Assembly (NCBI GenBank): GCA_030141605.1
Contig: JAQGDQ010000361.1
Span: 62,001 to 126,000, forward strand
Reading direction: 5' to 3'
Source of the DNA: Tubiluchus corallicola
Taxonomy: Eukaryota > Animalia > Priapulida
DNA: 64,000 bases
Part shown: piece after piece, positions 25,152 through 38,200 of the stretch
How the letters are laid out: each line of letters begins with the position of its first letter
How positions within the stretch are numbered: position 1 is the stretch's first letter
Made by a program: the position numbers and the translations under genes
Notes under the pieces: model-generated
The model's database searches: none
The model's input: the letters and a program-made list of their open reading frames with translations, nothing else
Told to the model about the DNA's origin: nothing

Positions 25152-25583
25152 TATACATTTTAACACAATAATACTGTAAAAGCGTGTCTGATAATTAAAT
25201 TGTAGATTAAAGTCTATAATTATAGACTAAAACGGGTCTTAAAAACTTAAGTATCGGCGGGCGAGCCCAACTATTGATGACATCACAAACTAAAGTAAAT
25301 TTCAACAGCAAAAATATTCAACGAGCCTGTTGCACGTGTTTGCGAAAGCGAAAATTGAAGTACGGTGCTACCGTCGAACGTATGAGCTGTCGAACGTGTG
25401 TAGTTTGTCACAAAGTAACACATCTAAGCTGAGAGGTACAGTACCTGTTTTTTGTGCAATGCGTTTCCGAAATACATACGCTAGTGCCCGTCTATTTAGA
25501 GAATGGCTAAATGCATGTAACAGGGAGGAACTAGCGGCGAGAACGCGAAATTGTGTTTGTGTGCTAATAATTCTTTCACGTAA
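25152..25583 (+). mobile_element. Kolobok-like MITE family A, internal fragment
   Basis: GCGAGCCCAACTATTGATGACATCACAAACTAA and following blocks match 7560-8030. Confidence 0.75.
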
Positions 25584-25762
25584 ATAGTTTCAGTCTATTA
25601 AATTATTACATGCATAAATGAACATAAAAAGTAGCTAAAGAAGTTTGGCAGTAAAGCTATTCAAATTCTATATTTGTTTTTACTCGAATTCATTTTTTGG
25701 CCTTGGGTGTTTTTTCACTGACGTCTTCGTGTATTAATGATTGGACTTTCTGCATTACTTAA

Positions 25763-26085
25763 AGCACAAAAAACCCTTCACTCACATAAACGTAAAAACG
25801 GGTCTTGAAATTTTGTACCACTCACATACTGTCTTATTGCGCATAGAGGCTGCGTTAACAGTAACGCTGTATAAAACTTGTAAATTTTAACTCGCGCACT
25901 GAACGTTAGGTACAGCCATTTTAACGGCAAATCGTATGAAACTAGTTTAGATAACGTTAGGTAAAGTTTGAAAATAAAATAACAGAGCATTCGTAGCACA
26001 CTCTTTACTAACTAAGCAATGAGATCAATAATGTGTTTTTGGAAAATCAGTGGTGCACAGTGGGAGGGCGATGCAGTTGTCAATA
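25763..26085 (-). mobile_element. Kolobok-like MITE family B, truncated
   Basis: TTAA then AGCACAAAAAA; body matches family B; cut off by microsatellites. Confidence 0.7.
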
Positions 26086-26090
26086 AATTT

Positions 26091-26435
<345 letters not shown>

Positions 26436-26436
26436 G

Positions 26437-26524
26437 CAGTATGTTCGCATAAAGCAAAAAAATGTTACCTCGGCGTGAGGCCCCGGGGAAGTATCCCCAT
26501 TTCCCCCCTCTGAAATAGGCCCTG
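26437..26524 (-). mobile_element. Terminal fragment of the 21594 hAT MITE family
   Basis: Reverse complement of 21594-21705 with a deletion; ends AAATAGGCCCTG. Confidence 0.85.
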
Positions 26525-27081
26525 ACTACTACTACTACTACTACTACTACTGCTGCTTCTACTACTAATGACACTAGTTTTTACAAAAATTTAGGGCAAT
26601 AGTTCTTGATCACTTAATAGGTCTGGCTTGGATGTTAATCAATCAATTTATGCATGGATGCATTTTATGCATCATTATAATATATTTTGAGGACATGAAA
26701 ATAACGTTAGACTTAAACATAGTCTTCTCTAAATCCTCTATTTTGAAACCAAAGCCACATGCGCTCGACGGAATCTTCTGATCTAGTTGTACTGCGCATG
26801 CGTCATTTTTTGGTGGCAATTTGGACGCCCACGTGGCGCGAGCTTTTTCATAAGCTACGTTATGCCAGCTGCATCCTTCCAGCTTTCCCGGATAAAGTTG
26901 GGAAACAGTAAACATGTAAAGACTTCCAACAAAAATATATCCCGGCAATAAAAATCAGGATGTATTGCCTGTTTATCCCATTACTAACTGTTGGCGTTGT
27001 AACCTGAGTGAAATGTGTGCATGTGAATGTCGTCAAAACTACAAACTAGGCTATAATCTAGGCTAATCATAGGTTCTCCTC

Positions 27082-27640
27082 AGTGGCGACTCGTAGCTAA
27101 AATTAGTGGGGGTGCTGCTTCAGAAAATTTTTAAGCCATTGTTTTAATACTGTCTAAAGTATGTTAAAACGTAACAAACATATGTAATTTTAATGTTGTA
27201 GTTATATTTGAAGACCAGGTGTTGAAGGGCCACTTCTTAACTGCAACTTTCTCATGAAGAGGCAACTGTGAAAAATTAAGGTGTTGTAGTTCACTTACAG
27301 TCACAGAACTTATTTCTTGGGGATGCAAGGCGTCCATTATTAAATCATTCATGTTTTAAGCGCACACGCTAAATTTACACTTCGTCATGATCAAGAATAT
27401 GACGGTACACGGCAAGCACGTGGCAATTGTTATTGTGCAGCTGTGTTACATAGCAGCAGACGCTAGCGTACGGCGTGCTATTTCAGACATGTGCGCATGG
27501 CCGCATGCGCACAACAGCCAAACACCACATTGCTTAGGCTGTGAAGCAAATTGTACTTCCCTCACGTGCTCCGGTTCCGCACAAGTATAAAAAAGAACTA
27601 AAGAAAAAGACTTATTTATTAAAATCTCAATGTCAGTATT
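27082..27640 (-). mobile_element. hAT deletion derivative with transposase N-terminal relic
   Basis: Terminus CAGTGGCGACTCG; several blocks match 62780-63293 in reverse; minus-strand relic NFSQLPLHEKVAVK/SGPSTPGLQI resembles ZMYM1-like hAT N-termini. Confidence 0.7.
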
Positions 27641-27669
27641 GTTATTAATGCTGTTATAAAATCTCAATT

Positions 27670-27886
27670 AATTAAATTTTGATACGAATCTTGAAAGGTA
27701 CGAAATGCGAAAAAATTGTATTGCAGCCTGGATTTGAACCAAGGGCTTTCTGATTGCAGGTCTGACTCTTTAGACCGCTAGGCCACTGTTTTCCCTATTT
27801 GCAAGCAGAAGGCTCTTGATTCAAACCCAGGCTGCATTTTAACTTTTTCACATTTCCATCTGCCCTGTTTTGTGTCAAATTTCACT
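27670..27886. mobile_element. Foldback repeat built from two divergent tRNA-like heads
   Basis: TGCAGCCTGGATTTGAA (27722-27738) pairs with TTCAAACCCAGGCTGCA (27820-27836); minus-strand A box TGGCCTAGCGG and B box GGTTCAAATCC. Confidence 0.6.
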
Positions 27887-28056
27887 TACTTCGTACCATC
27901 GTTTACAAATTATAATTTACTTTTCCAAAATATGTGCAAATTCACACTGCTCGAATATTCCATTTTCACCTATAATTATAAATACTAATGAAGTAGAAAA
28001 CAGGAAACGATAAAGAATCAACGTGCAGCTATTTCAACATAGAAAAATTTGTTTAA

Positions 28057-28420
28057 AGGAAAGCCGAACCAATCTTAAACTATATCTCAAAATAATCCAC
28101 CACATAAAATATTGAAAGGGGTCATACAAATTTTTTCAAGAATGACGAAAGAATTATCACCACAAAACGGTAATTTCGCGTTCGCGTTACCAGCTCTTTG
28201 CTGTTACATGTAAAATCGCTGTTAGTTAGTTAGACGGGCAGTAGCGTCTGTATATCGGAAATGCGTTGTACATAAGCAGACGCCGTAGCTCTCACTTCAG
28301 TTGTGACGTAGTGCACATATTCGAGGCTGATGCGTGAATCTTGAAATTTGAATCGTAAACTTAAAATTTACGGTAAAACTGTGCTTTAATTTCCGCTTTC
28401 ACAAACACGTGCAACACGGA
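28057..28420 (-). mobile_element. Diverged Kolobok-like MITE family A copy
   Basis: TTAA then AGGAAAGCCGAACCAATCTTAAACT; interior resembles family A in reverse. Confidence 0.6.
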
Positions 28421-28998
28421 ATGTTTTGTATGCACAGAATAAGCCTATACAGAACAATGTCTAGTTACACCATGTCAAGGATTTTTGTTCGTTAAATTTA
28501 ATACAGCGTTTTACAGTTACAAGTGGCGACATCTGGCTTCAATATTTGCATCCTAGTCAATTTCCTGTCATTCAAGTTTCAGTGTGTTCAAGTGATGATG
28601 TGTTTCTGTGTAACTCACGATTTAATGCCAACGATATAAAATTCTTTGGGCTTTATGGTATACAAACAATAAACTGTTATGCTAAGCAAAATGATGACTT
28701 TGTTTGTCACCGTAAAGCCCAAACGCACCAGGTGATTGAACATTTTGTTTGCTTATTTCAACATGGTTTTTGCTATAAAACTATTCTTCAATACAAGGAT
28801 TTTACGCGGATCATAGTATATCCTTAAACCAATAAATTGTCAATCACAAAGCATTTTCACTTAACTAATGTTATGTCATTAATATGCAAGCTTAGTTTAT
28901 TAATGCTTCACGAGATCTCATGGAATTATTGCGTACCTGTCTCTGAGTTAATTACAAGAGTGAAACTAACCAATCAGTCACTGAATTAGTCGAGTTAA

Positions 28999-29520
28999 AG
29001 GAAGGCAGGATGAGTTGTCATATACTACACCATTTTCAAGTCCGATGCGAGCCCAAATATTGATGACATCACAAACTAACATAATTTTCAACAGCAAAAA
29101 TATTGCATGAACTTGTTTGCGAAAGGGAAAATTGAAGTACAGTGCTACTGTAAGATATTCAGTATGTTGTACTACAACTAGTCAAGCTTTAAGATAAAAA
29201 TTCAAATTTCAAATTTATCGCTGTGCTCACGCATGAGCTGTCGAACTTATGTAGTTCTTCACAAACTAACACATCTGAACTGAGAGGTACAGCACCTATT
29301 TTTGTGCAATGTGTTCCCGAAACGCAATCGTTAGTGCACGCTTAGCAAGCGAATGGCGAAATGCACGTAACACGAAGAACTAGTGGCGTGAACGCGAAAT
29401 TGTGTTTGTGGTAATAATTCTTTCATATAAGTCATTTTTGAAAAATTAATATGTTTCCTTTCAATATTTTAAAGAGTAGATTGTTTTGACCTACAGTTTA
29501 AGAGTTGGTCCGGTTTTGCT
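28999..29520 (+). mobile_element. Kolobok/T2-like MITE family A, both ends intact
   Basis: TTAA TSD at 28995-28998 and 29521-29524; ends AGGAAGGCAGGA and TCCGGTTTTGCT. Confidence 0.85.
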
Positions 29521-29619
29521 TTAACTCAACAATACATTTTTAAACTGCATTGAAACAAAGTTAGTCGATTGATAGGTGGCATACTGGGATGAGACTTCAG
29601 GCCTACTCTGCTTTGATGT

Positions 29620-29685
29620 GAAAATAGCTCAGCTGGCAGACGTGTGACTTTTAATCGCAAAGTTTTGGGTTCAAATCCCGTTTGA
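29620..29685 (+). pseudogene. Degenerate tRNA-Lys(UUU)-like sequence or SINE head
   Basis: ATAGCTCAGCTGGCAGA...GACTTTTAATC...GGGTTCAAATCCC; acceptor stem lost. Confidence 0.55.
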
Positions 29686-30341
29686 TTTAAAACTTTTCAT
29701 GGTTTTCCTCCTTCAGTTAATTAGCTGTTAGGTAAAGCACTGTTCATACACAAAACGTTAGGTTTGTTACAGCTTAAAATTTTATTGTTAATTAATGGAA
29801 TTTACTATTTATTTTTTCTAAAACCGATTTTATTCTTTTTAAGACAACTCTTTGTGATAGCAGGAGTAGTATGGCTGTGTGACTGTGCATCTTCTCAAGC
29901 TATGCAATTGAGGCTTCAAGAAACAGCCAGGTTTTTAAAGGATCGAAAATAGTCCGTCTCTAGTGTAACTAAATCGCAAAAATAATTGAAAGTAATGAAA
30001 TGAATGCATTAATATCGTGTCGTGCTGTCCATAAACTTAACGTAAAAAGACGTAAAATACTTTAATTGAAGCGCTCGAACATTTTCTTACAATAATATTT
30101 TTACAAAAATTTGCTTAAATTAGACATCTTCAGGAGTTCATAATTCGTTAGCACGCAAACCGACAATTACGTGGATTGTTATAATTTTGTAAGTTGGCTG
30201 TTGGATGCATGATACGTTTAACATAAAGATATAAATAACAAACTATAGATATCGATATGAATGTAAACTTATTGCCTCGTTTTACATTTTAAAAACGTTT
30301 ATTTTTCGAGAATATTTGCTTGCGTTTAACGTGATAAGTAC

Positions 30342-31245
30342 ATTCGTTCGTTCGTTCGTTCCTTCCTTCCTTCCTTCCTTCCTTCCTTCCTTCCTTCATT
30401 CATTCATTCATTCATTCATTCATTCATTCATTCATTCATTCATTCATTCATTCATTCATTCATTCATTCATTCATTCGTTAGTTCATTTCATTCATTTGT
30501 TCGTTCGTTCGTTCGTTCATTCATTCATTCATTGATTCATTCATTCACTCACTCATTCGTTTGTTCATTTCATTCATTCGTTCGTTCGTTCGTTTGTTCG
30601 TTCGTTCATTCATTCGTTCATTCGTTCATTTATTTATTCATTCGTTCGTTCATTCATTCGTTCATTCGTTCATTCATTCATTCATTCATTCATTCATTCA
30701 TTCATTCATTCATTCATTCATTCATTCATTCATTCATTCATTCATTCATTCATTCATTCATGCATGCATTCATTCATTCATTCATTCATTCATTCATTCA
30801 TTCATTCATTCATTTCAGTAAATTCATCCATTCAGTCATTCGTTCCTTCCTTCCTTCATTCATTCATTCATTCATTCATTCATTCATTCATTTATTCATT
30901 CATTCATTCATTCATTCATTCATTCATTCATTCATTCAGTTCATTCATTCATTCATTCATTCATTCATTCGTTCATTCGTTCATTCATTCATTCATTCAT
31001 TCACTCATTCGTTTGTTCATTTCTTTCATTCATTCGTTCGTTCGTTCGTTCGTTCGTTCGTTCGTTTGTTCGTTCGTTCGTTCGTTCGTTCGTTCGTTCG
31101 TTCGTTCGTTCGTTCGTTCGTTCGTTCGTTCGTTCGTCCGTCCGTCCGTTCGTTCGTTCGTTCGTTCGTTCGTTCATTCATTCATTCATTCATTCATTCA
31201 TTTCAGTAAATTCCTCCATTCAGTCATTCGTTCTTTCGTTTGTTC
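30342..31245. repeat. Compound tetranucleotide array (CATT/CGTT/CCTT)n
   Basis: Direct reading; explains the SFIH-repeat ORFs. Confidence 0.97.
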
Positions 31246-31684
31246 ACGACACAGAAATTCCTACGATGGAAGCTGATTGTGTTAATGGCAGTTTTCAATT
31301 TTTTGTGCATGTCTTAACACGTCTGACTGACTTGCCATAACCAGGTGGACACGAAGGACTGATGGACATGTTCAACTCGTGCCAGGCGAATTAACCCCTC
31401 ACGGCCGTGTGTTTCTGATTAAATCGATCCGAAGAGCTAAATTAACAAACTGGTGATTTGCTTTGAGTGAAGCCCGACTCTAATCACCCAGGCTGTAACG
31501 AGAAAGTGTCTATAACAAGTTGTGTGTGGAAGAAGAACGCCGGGTAAATTGGAAATTGCTGGTTGGAATTTATTCAATGATACGTGTCTAATGGTCTCCC
31601 TGCAATCAGCTAGAGCTGTCACTCTTGACAGAGTCATGTAAGTGTGACCAGGAAGTGGCTTCATTCATTTGTAGCAGATGTTAC

Positions 31685-31815
31685 GATGATGATGATGATA
31701 TGATGATGATGATAACGATGATGATAAATCTTCATTTGCACAATATGTACATATATGATGATGATGATATGATGATGATGATAACGATGATGATAAATCT
31801 TCATTTGCACAATAT
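31685..31815. repeat. Two tandem ~70-bp GAT-rich units
   Basis: GATAACGATGATGATAAATCTTCATTTGCACAATAT occurs twice. Confidence 0.9.
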
Positions 31816-31817
31816 TA

Positions 31818-31881
31818 ATAGAGTACAGAATTATCGGCCGGCATATATACATACATGCCGGCCGATAATTCTGTACTCTAT
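31818..31881. repeat. Perfect 27-bp inverted repeat with 10-nt loop
   Basis: ATAGAGTACAGAATTATCGGCCGGCAT at 31818-31844 and its reverse complement at 31855-31881. Confidence 0.95.
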
Positions 31882-33255
31882 CATGATATAAGAGTATACA
31901 TATAACTCGGTCAATTATAATTATGTCTTTAATACATGCACCAGAAACTTGCTTATAAAACATTATGGCAATTATTTATAATAATTAAGATCGAGAGTAA
32001 CAGAATTCATTCATTGGGATTATTTAGATTACACTATTAGGAAAGTATTAAAAATGACAAACTATTCTACATGCACGCTTTACTTACAAATATATAAGAA
32101 CGAGGACTTTTCCTAAAATTTACGATAAAACCAGGATAGCTTTTGCCTGAGTTTTTATACATATATATACATTTTTAAATATACATACATATGTGCACGT
32201 GAGCTAAAATCTATGTTGGATTATACTGTTAGCCCTTTTACATCTCTTTACAAACTGATAAGATAAAACCGTCTCTCACAAAATTAACTGGAGCTTTCAT
32301 TAATGCTTCTTCTTTTTTAAAAATGCGCTGGTTATGTTTTTCCCCTGAAGTGTTTCTAATAGGTGTTTGACACACGGTCCTTCATATGGATGTTGTTTCT
32401 ATCAATTACACTGACAATGCTGAAGCTTAAGGTGTTGCAATGATTAGGAAGAAAATGTTATTTCTTAGTAAGATTTCTTGTGCTATTTCTTCAAAGAGAA
32501 CAGAGACCTTATACTTTCTCTGTAAGAGAAATTGTTCTATTATTGTAACAACGATGAACACCAACCCATGGGTAAGATGACTATGAAGCATATATTGAAG
32601 CACATTGGCATTCACTAATGAAGCGTACTCGTCGGCGCCAGGAACAGCACTGAGGTTTTGGCTCGCGGTACGGTTCGAGGCTGGTTACAAGAATGTGATT
32701 AGATTCCTAAGCCGGAAGCTGGGAGTGCACTCGCATAAGTTGTAAAAACTTTCTGGTACAAACCGCATAATAAAATTATGTTTAAATTAATTAAGGATGC
32801 GATTAACGCCATTGTTATGAGAATCTAAAGATTGTTATGAGAAAATGCAAAGACGTCCGGTTACATTATATTAAAACGGTTATTCATCAATTGCATACTT
32901 TTTAAATCATAAAAATTTTATTTACTTCAAGATATTACAGCGATTAGCAATTATACTCTTAAAATAGGCTTCCGTGAAGAATTCTACGCTATAGCAGTAT
33001 TTAAAAACATTGTAATATTGTGATTAGCTTCGAAGATAACTCTTAATGGTAAGAATTGATGCAATAATGGATGTGGATGTACAGCATGTAGAATAATTGT
33101 GGCCCTATGCGTGCCACACCGGCCAAGTCAGTTAGCTGTATTGAGGTGAAAGATTAGTGCACTAGAGGGAGCATCTGAGCATAAAAAACCCTAAGCTGTG
33201 ACAGCAACTGTGCAAACAGCAATGTCAACTGTAGCTTACAATCAGCTACAACAAT

Positions 33256-33616
33256 AAGCTTTTCCACAGTTTCGTTGTGCGCGCGCGCAGTTGCTGTAAG
33301 GTTAAAGTGTGCCACACAACGCGTCTTAACTACAAATGTTACGTGGCGTGTGTAAAGCAAAAATGTCTGCCTTATCTGTTCAGTAACACCAGCTATTTTA
33401 CGTGGACTTAATTATGCATTAGTCTGCGCATAGAGTGATTTGCTAGCAGCATCTTGCTTGGCAACTAGAAAAAGTGAACTATGTAAGGTTCTAGCTAGTT
33501 AAAACGGTTGCTATTACAACAGCATGTCCTGGGAGGCGTTGTCAAGTGTACACAGATGCACTTGAACTTTGACCTGTTCACGATCATCATCAATCCCTGG
33601 AACTGTAAAAAGGCTT
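33256..33616 (+). mobile_element. TIR MITE family C
   Basis: Ends AAGCTTTTCCACAGTT and AACTGTAAAAAGGCTT; body matches 14583-14963. Confidence 0.8.
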
Positions 33617-33964
33617 GTTGTTTGAATCATATTGTCATGTTGTTGCTTCCGACGAATCTGCTAACAGTAGAATGCAAGTTGCTGCAAATTTTACAGCTTC
33701 TATGCACTGAAGTTTTCCCCGCGCGATTTTTCACGTTCATTATTAAAAATTATTGCCTTCTTTTTTTCACAGTTAGGTGTTTATAAGAGACTCTTGAGGA
33801 TATCTAATAATGAAATGGCTTCTGCACAGCAAGTTTATAATGTAGTTTCTAAGAGAAAATTATCACAAAAAAATACATTCCCTAGTTGACAGAACTGATA
33901 GTTGACTGGAGGTTTAATTAAGTAAATGATTCCTACTTTTATTTGCAGTTTTTTTGGTGCTTTA

Positions 33965-34731
33965 CCGGATTTCCGGACATTGTGTCTGAGCTCATGGACA
34001 TTGTGTCCAAGTTTCCAGACCTCATATCTAAATTGTCGTACCTTATGTCCAAGTTCCTGGACTTTGGGTCAGAGTTTTCAGACCTTGTGTCCATGTTCCC
34101 GGACCTTGTGTCTGTGTTCCCGGACCTTGTGTCTGTGTTCACGGACCTTGTGTCCATGTTCACGGACCTTGTGTCCATGTTCCCGGACCTTGTGTCCATG
34201 TTCCCGGACCTTGTGTCTGTGTTCACGGATCTTGTGTCCATGTTCCCGGACCTTGTGTCCATGTTCCCAGACCTTGTGTCCATGTTCCCGGACCTTGTGT
34301 CTGTGTTCCCGGATCTTGTGTCCATGTTCCCGGACCTTGTGTCTGTGTTCACGGACCTTGTGTCCATGTTCCCAGACCTTGTGTCCATGTTCCCGGACCT
34401 TGTGTCTGTGTTCGCGGACCTTGTGTCCATGTTCCCGGATCTTGTGTCCATGTTCCCGGACCTTGTGTCCATGTTCCCAGACCTTGTGTCCATGTTCCCG
34501 GACCTTGTGTCCATGTTCCCGGACCTTGTGTCCATGTTCCCGGACCTTGTGTCTATGTTCACGGATCTTGTGAACAAGTTCTCGAACCTCTCGACCAAAT
34601 TCCCGGACCTTGTGTCCATATTCCGGGACCTTGTGTGTATGTTCACAGACCTTGTGTCTATGTTCACGGATCTTGTGAACTCGACCAAATTTCCGGACCT
34701 TGTGTCCATGTTCACGGACTTTGTGTCTAAG
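33965..34731. repeat. 21-bp minisatellite, consensus GGACCTTGTGTCCATGTTCCC, about 36 units
   Basis: Homogeneous centre with degenerate edges. Confidence 0.95.
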
Positions 34732-35052
34732 TACATATAAAAATGAAGAATATGCGACTGACCTTCAAATAGCCATTGGCTTCAGGTCAATTGGCCAGCT
34801 TAATTGGCCTACCATTTTCAAACCATTGAGTCTCAAATACGACTAACTCCTAAGTTGGAAGGTGTCTGCTGACTTAATTTCCATTGCTGCTTATGCGCAT
34901 AAGTATGTACGCATGTATTGTATGACGTAATGTTTGGTAAAAAGCAATTCTTCACACTGTCAACAAGCATTTGACTCGCCACCAGTACCAAGGCCCACTG
35001 ACCAGAAATTGAGATTGTCGTTAGGAGATCATATCGTGATATAGTACAAAAA

Positions 35053-35302
<250 letters not shown>

Positions 35303-35334
35303 ATTTTCTCTTTTCTCCCAATTTTTCTCTTTTT

Positions 35335-35621
35335 CAGTAAACAGCAGCGTTATACAAAGACGGAAAAAATACATGATAAGAATTTTCATTCAGTGTCAGT
35401 AGAAAAGATGTGGTAATGACTGAGCTTACAGAATTTTACAGAGTTGTAACATTTCATTATGGTACTTGCAAACATTAATGCGTTTTCTTAGTCATAAGGT
35501 TTTAAAATACTGAAACAGATCTCATATACAAAATTGCTATTCATAATTGACGTAAATGATGTAAAGTCAACATTGATAATTTTCTTTTAGTTTCAGCTGT
35601 TAAATATCAGTCCATCAAAAC
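35335..35621 (+). repeat. Unclassified interspersed repeat E, second copy
   Basis: Matches 15455-15736. Confidence 0.75.
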
Positions 35622-36733
35622 TGTATGTATATTTATGAATCTAGAAGGCTTCGATGCAAGAATCTCTAAGGTTTGCTAAAGTTTTAATACGTCCGTTCAT
35701 TGTTAAATATCAGAATTTGCCTGGTGCCTGATATTACAACTGCAGCTGGTCCTGTAACTGACTTGGCTTCACTTTGTGGACTTGTAGTCTATTCATTCGG
35801 TTGTTGACCTCTTGTACCAAACGCTTCTTCCAGCAGGTACGTTCAAGACGACACCAACACCCCCTAAAACAAAATTGAAGGGGAGAGCTTCAATATTTTT
35901 GCAGACTTTCCATTGGTATTCTCTCCGTCATAAACTAGCCACCCGATCAGAGACGAATTTAGAGACGATTTACAAGAAATGGGCATAACATCGGCAAGAG
36001 GTCAGCGCGGAGACAAATAGAACAAAAGTAAAACTGCATTATGCCCTCCCCCACAAAGTATTCTAATAAAAAGTAGGCGCTAAATCTAAGTAAAAAAATG
36101 TCTGTGTTTTGCTATTATAAGCAAGTGTGTCGCAGTAGATCAAGAGAAAACATTAATCAAATCGTATAGAAGATTGAATTTTTTTAACCAATGATTTATT
36201 GATTTTTTTGTTTCCAAACTTTCTTTCATTGTTTCTGTGGCTTTGCGTGGTTTAGGATTATCTTGAATGAAACAGCTTAAATATGCGGAAAATGAGATCT
36301 CTTACTGTGCAGATTCTATGCGTGGTGCATTCACTTTCAAAGCAAAAATGGGAATAGGTTTTATGCTTCTGTAAGTCTCGAAAGAGATTGGGCTTATAAA
36401 TCGGATCTCTGATTGATGGAGTAATGGATTTCGTATTCATGCATGGGGATAATGACTCTTATTGATTGAGTTAACCGCTGTGATCGTCCATATAATGACT
36501 GTAAAACTCTCAGAGTGAAATTGGAGTGACATGGTTAACAAAAGGTTGTATAAACCCTGCTGCTATATTTCTTTTCAATACCTGCTACAGATTTTATAAT
36601 TGCTATTTACGAACATTCTTTTGAAGTTCTCGCAGAGCAAACAGTTTGTTGATCGAACGCCATGCAGTGCCATTATCCAAATGAATATTGTTGTGGCAGA
36701 ATACGTCTGACAACTATATAGTCTGTAATTTAA

Positions 36734-37529
36734 AGGCCTATGTAACCGCAACATACTTTTGAGTTTTTTAATGCATTATTGTGATTACTCATAGATTTAG
36801 TTTAGTTTAAACATATTTTTATTGAATAACAAGTACTACAATACGGCGTTTTTAAGCTAGTTTTTAACAAGTGATGAATGTTTTCGCCAATAAAACGTAA
36901 GACTTATTAGAGTGCAGATAATAAACAAACAGTAGAAGCATTACAGTATGACTACTAGCAGTATAGACACATACATAGCACAATGTCGAGAATGACATTA
37001 ATATTACTATGTAATCAATATAAACTATTACAATGGTTAGAAGGGGGCTTAGATAGAAATATAAATTTCTGTACAAGCTTAAATACTTGAATATTAACAG
37101 TTATACTTAAGTGTTTATTGCCATGAAAAAGCAAATAAACGAGTTCATTTGTTGACAAATTATACTTTCTAATATTAGGAGGAATTAACAAAGTACAGAG
37201 TTTGCTTAGTAATATATCTGAACCCTGGTGACCCTTTCGTGTCTTTGGCACAGATGAACGAGAATGACGTGCGTAATACAGAAAACGTCTTTGGTTACCG
37301 ATGTTTGTTTACCGATCTTTGGTGACCTCGTGACTGTATTCATAACGTCATTCGTCTCGCGCAAGGAAAAATGGCGGTTCTTCAAAATGAATACCGCTAA
37401 CAATAAAGTGATCAATAACATAAGAAGCAAGTTTTACAGTAAGTTCATAACGAAATAAATTTAATTCGCAACGAGAGTAGGATTTTAGGTTGCAAAAGTT
37501 TATATGATAGTGAGAGTTTAGTTTGACTT
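36734..37529 (-). mobile_element. Kolobok-like MITE family D interrupted by a LINE fragment
   Basis: TTAA at 36730-36733 and 37530-37533; 36734-36788 and ~37235-37529 match 11881-12670 in reverse. Confidence 0.75.
36793..37225 (-). mobile_element. 5'-truncated CR1/L2-group LINE 3' end
   Basis: LLFHGNKHLSITVNIQVFKLVQKFIFLSK resembles invertebrate CR1-group ORF2 C-termini; AATAAA and (CTAAA)n tail near 36795-36825. Confidence 0.7.
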
Positions 37530-37617
37530 TTAATTAGCAGCTGAAAAGTCTTAAAATAGGGCATTGGTAGTCGAACAGATCCCACTGATGGTGTCTATAA
37601 TTTCAAATTAAAAGATT

Positions 37618-38200
37618 TGTGTCGCTAGTAAAGAGAAAAACAGTGTTGTTACTAGTAAAGAAAGAAAACAGTATTGTTACTAAGAAAGAAAGAAAACAGT
37701 ATTGTTACTAGCAAAGAAAGAAAACGGTGTTGTTACTAGTAAAGAAAGAAAACAGTATTGTTGCTAGTAAAGAAAGAAAACGGTGTTGTTACTAGCAAAG
37801 AAAGAAAACGGTGTTGTTACTAGTAAAGAAAGAAAACGGTGTTGTTACTAGTAAAGAAAGAAAACGGTGTTGTTACTAGTAAAGAAAGAAAACAGTATTG
37901 TTGCTAGTAAAGAAAGAAAACGGTGTTGTTGCTAGTAAAGAAAGAAAACAGTATTGTTACTAGTAAAGAAAGAAAACGGCGTTGTTACTAGTAAAGAAAG
38001 AAAACAGTATTGTTGCTAGTAAAGAAAGAAAACGGTGTTGTTACTAGTAAAGAAAGAAAACAGTATTGTTACTAGTAAAGAAAGAAAACAGTATTCTTAC
38101 TAGTAAAGAAAAATAAGAAGTATTGTAACTAGTAAAGAAAGAAAGCAGTATTGTTACTATCAAAAAAGAAATCAGTATTGTTAATACTAAAGAAAGGCAA
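37618..38200. repeat. 28-bp minisatellite, consensus ACTAGTAAAGAAAGAAAAC(A/G)GT(A/G)TTGTT, about 20 units
   Basis: Period of 28 read directly; no spacers. Confidence 0.95.

Noticed and set aside
30316-31276. 297-aa SFIH-repeat ORF
   Set aside because: Tetranucleotide microsatellite.
37618-38200. CRISPR-like appearance of the 28-bp array
   Set aside because: Head-to-tail units with no unique spacers, no cas genes and a eukaryotic context.
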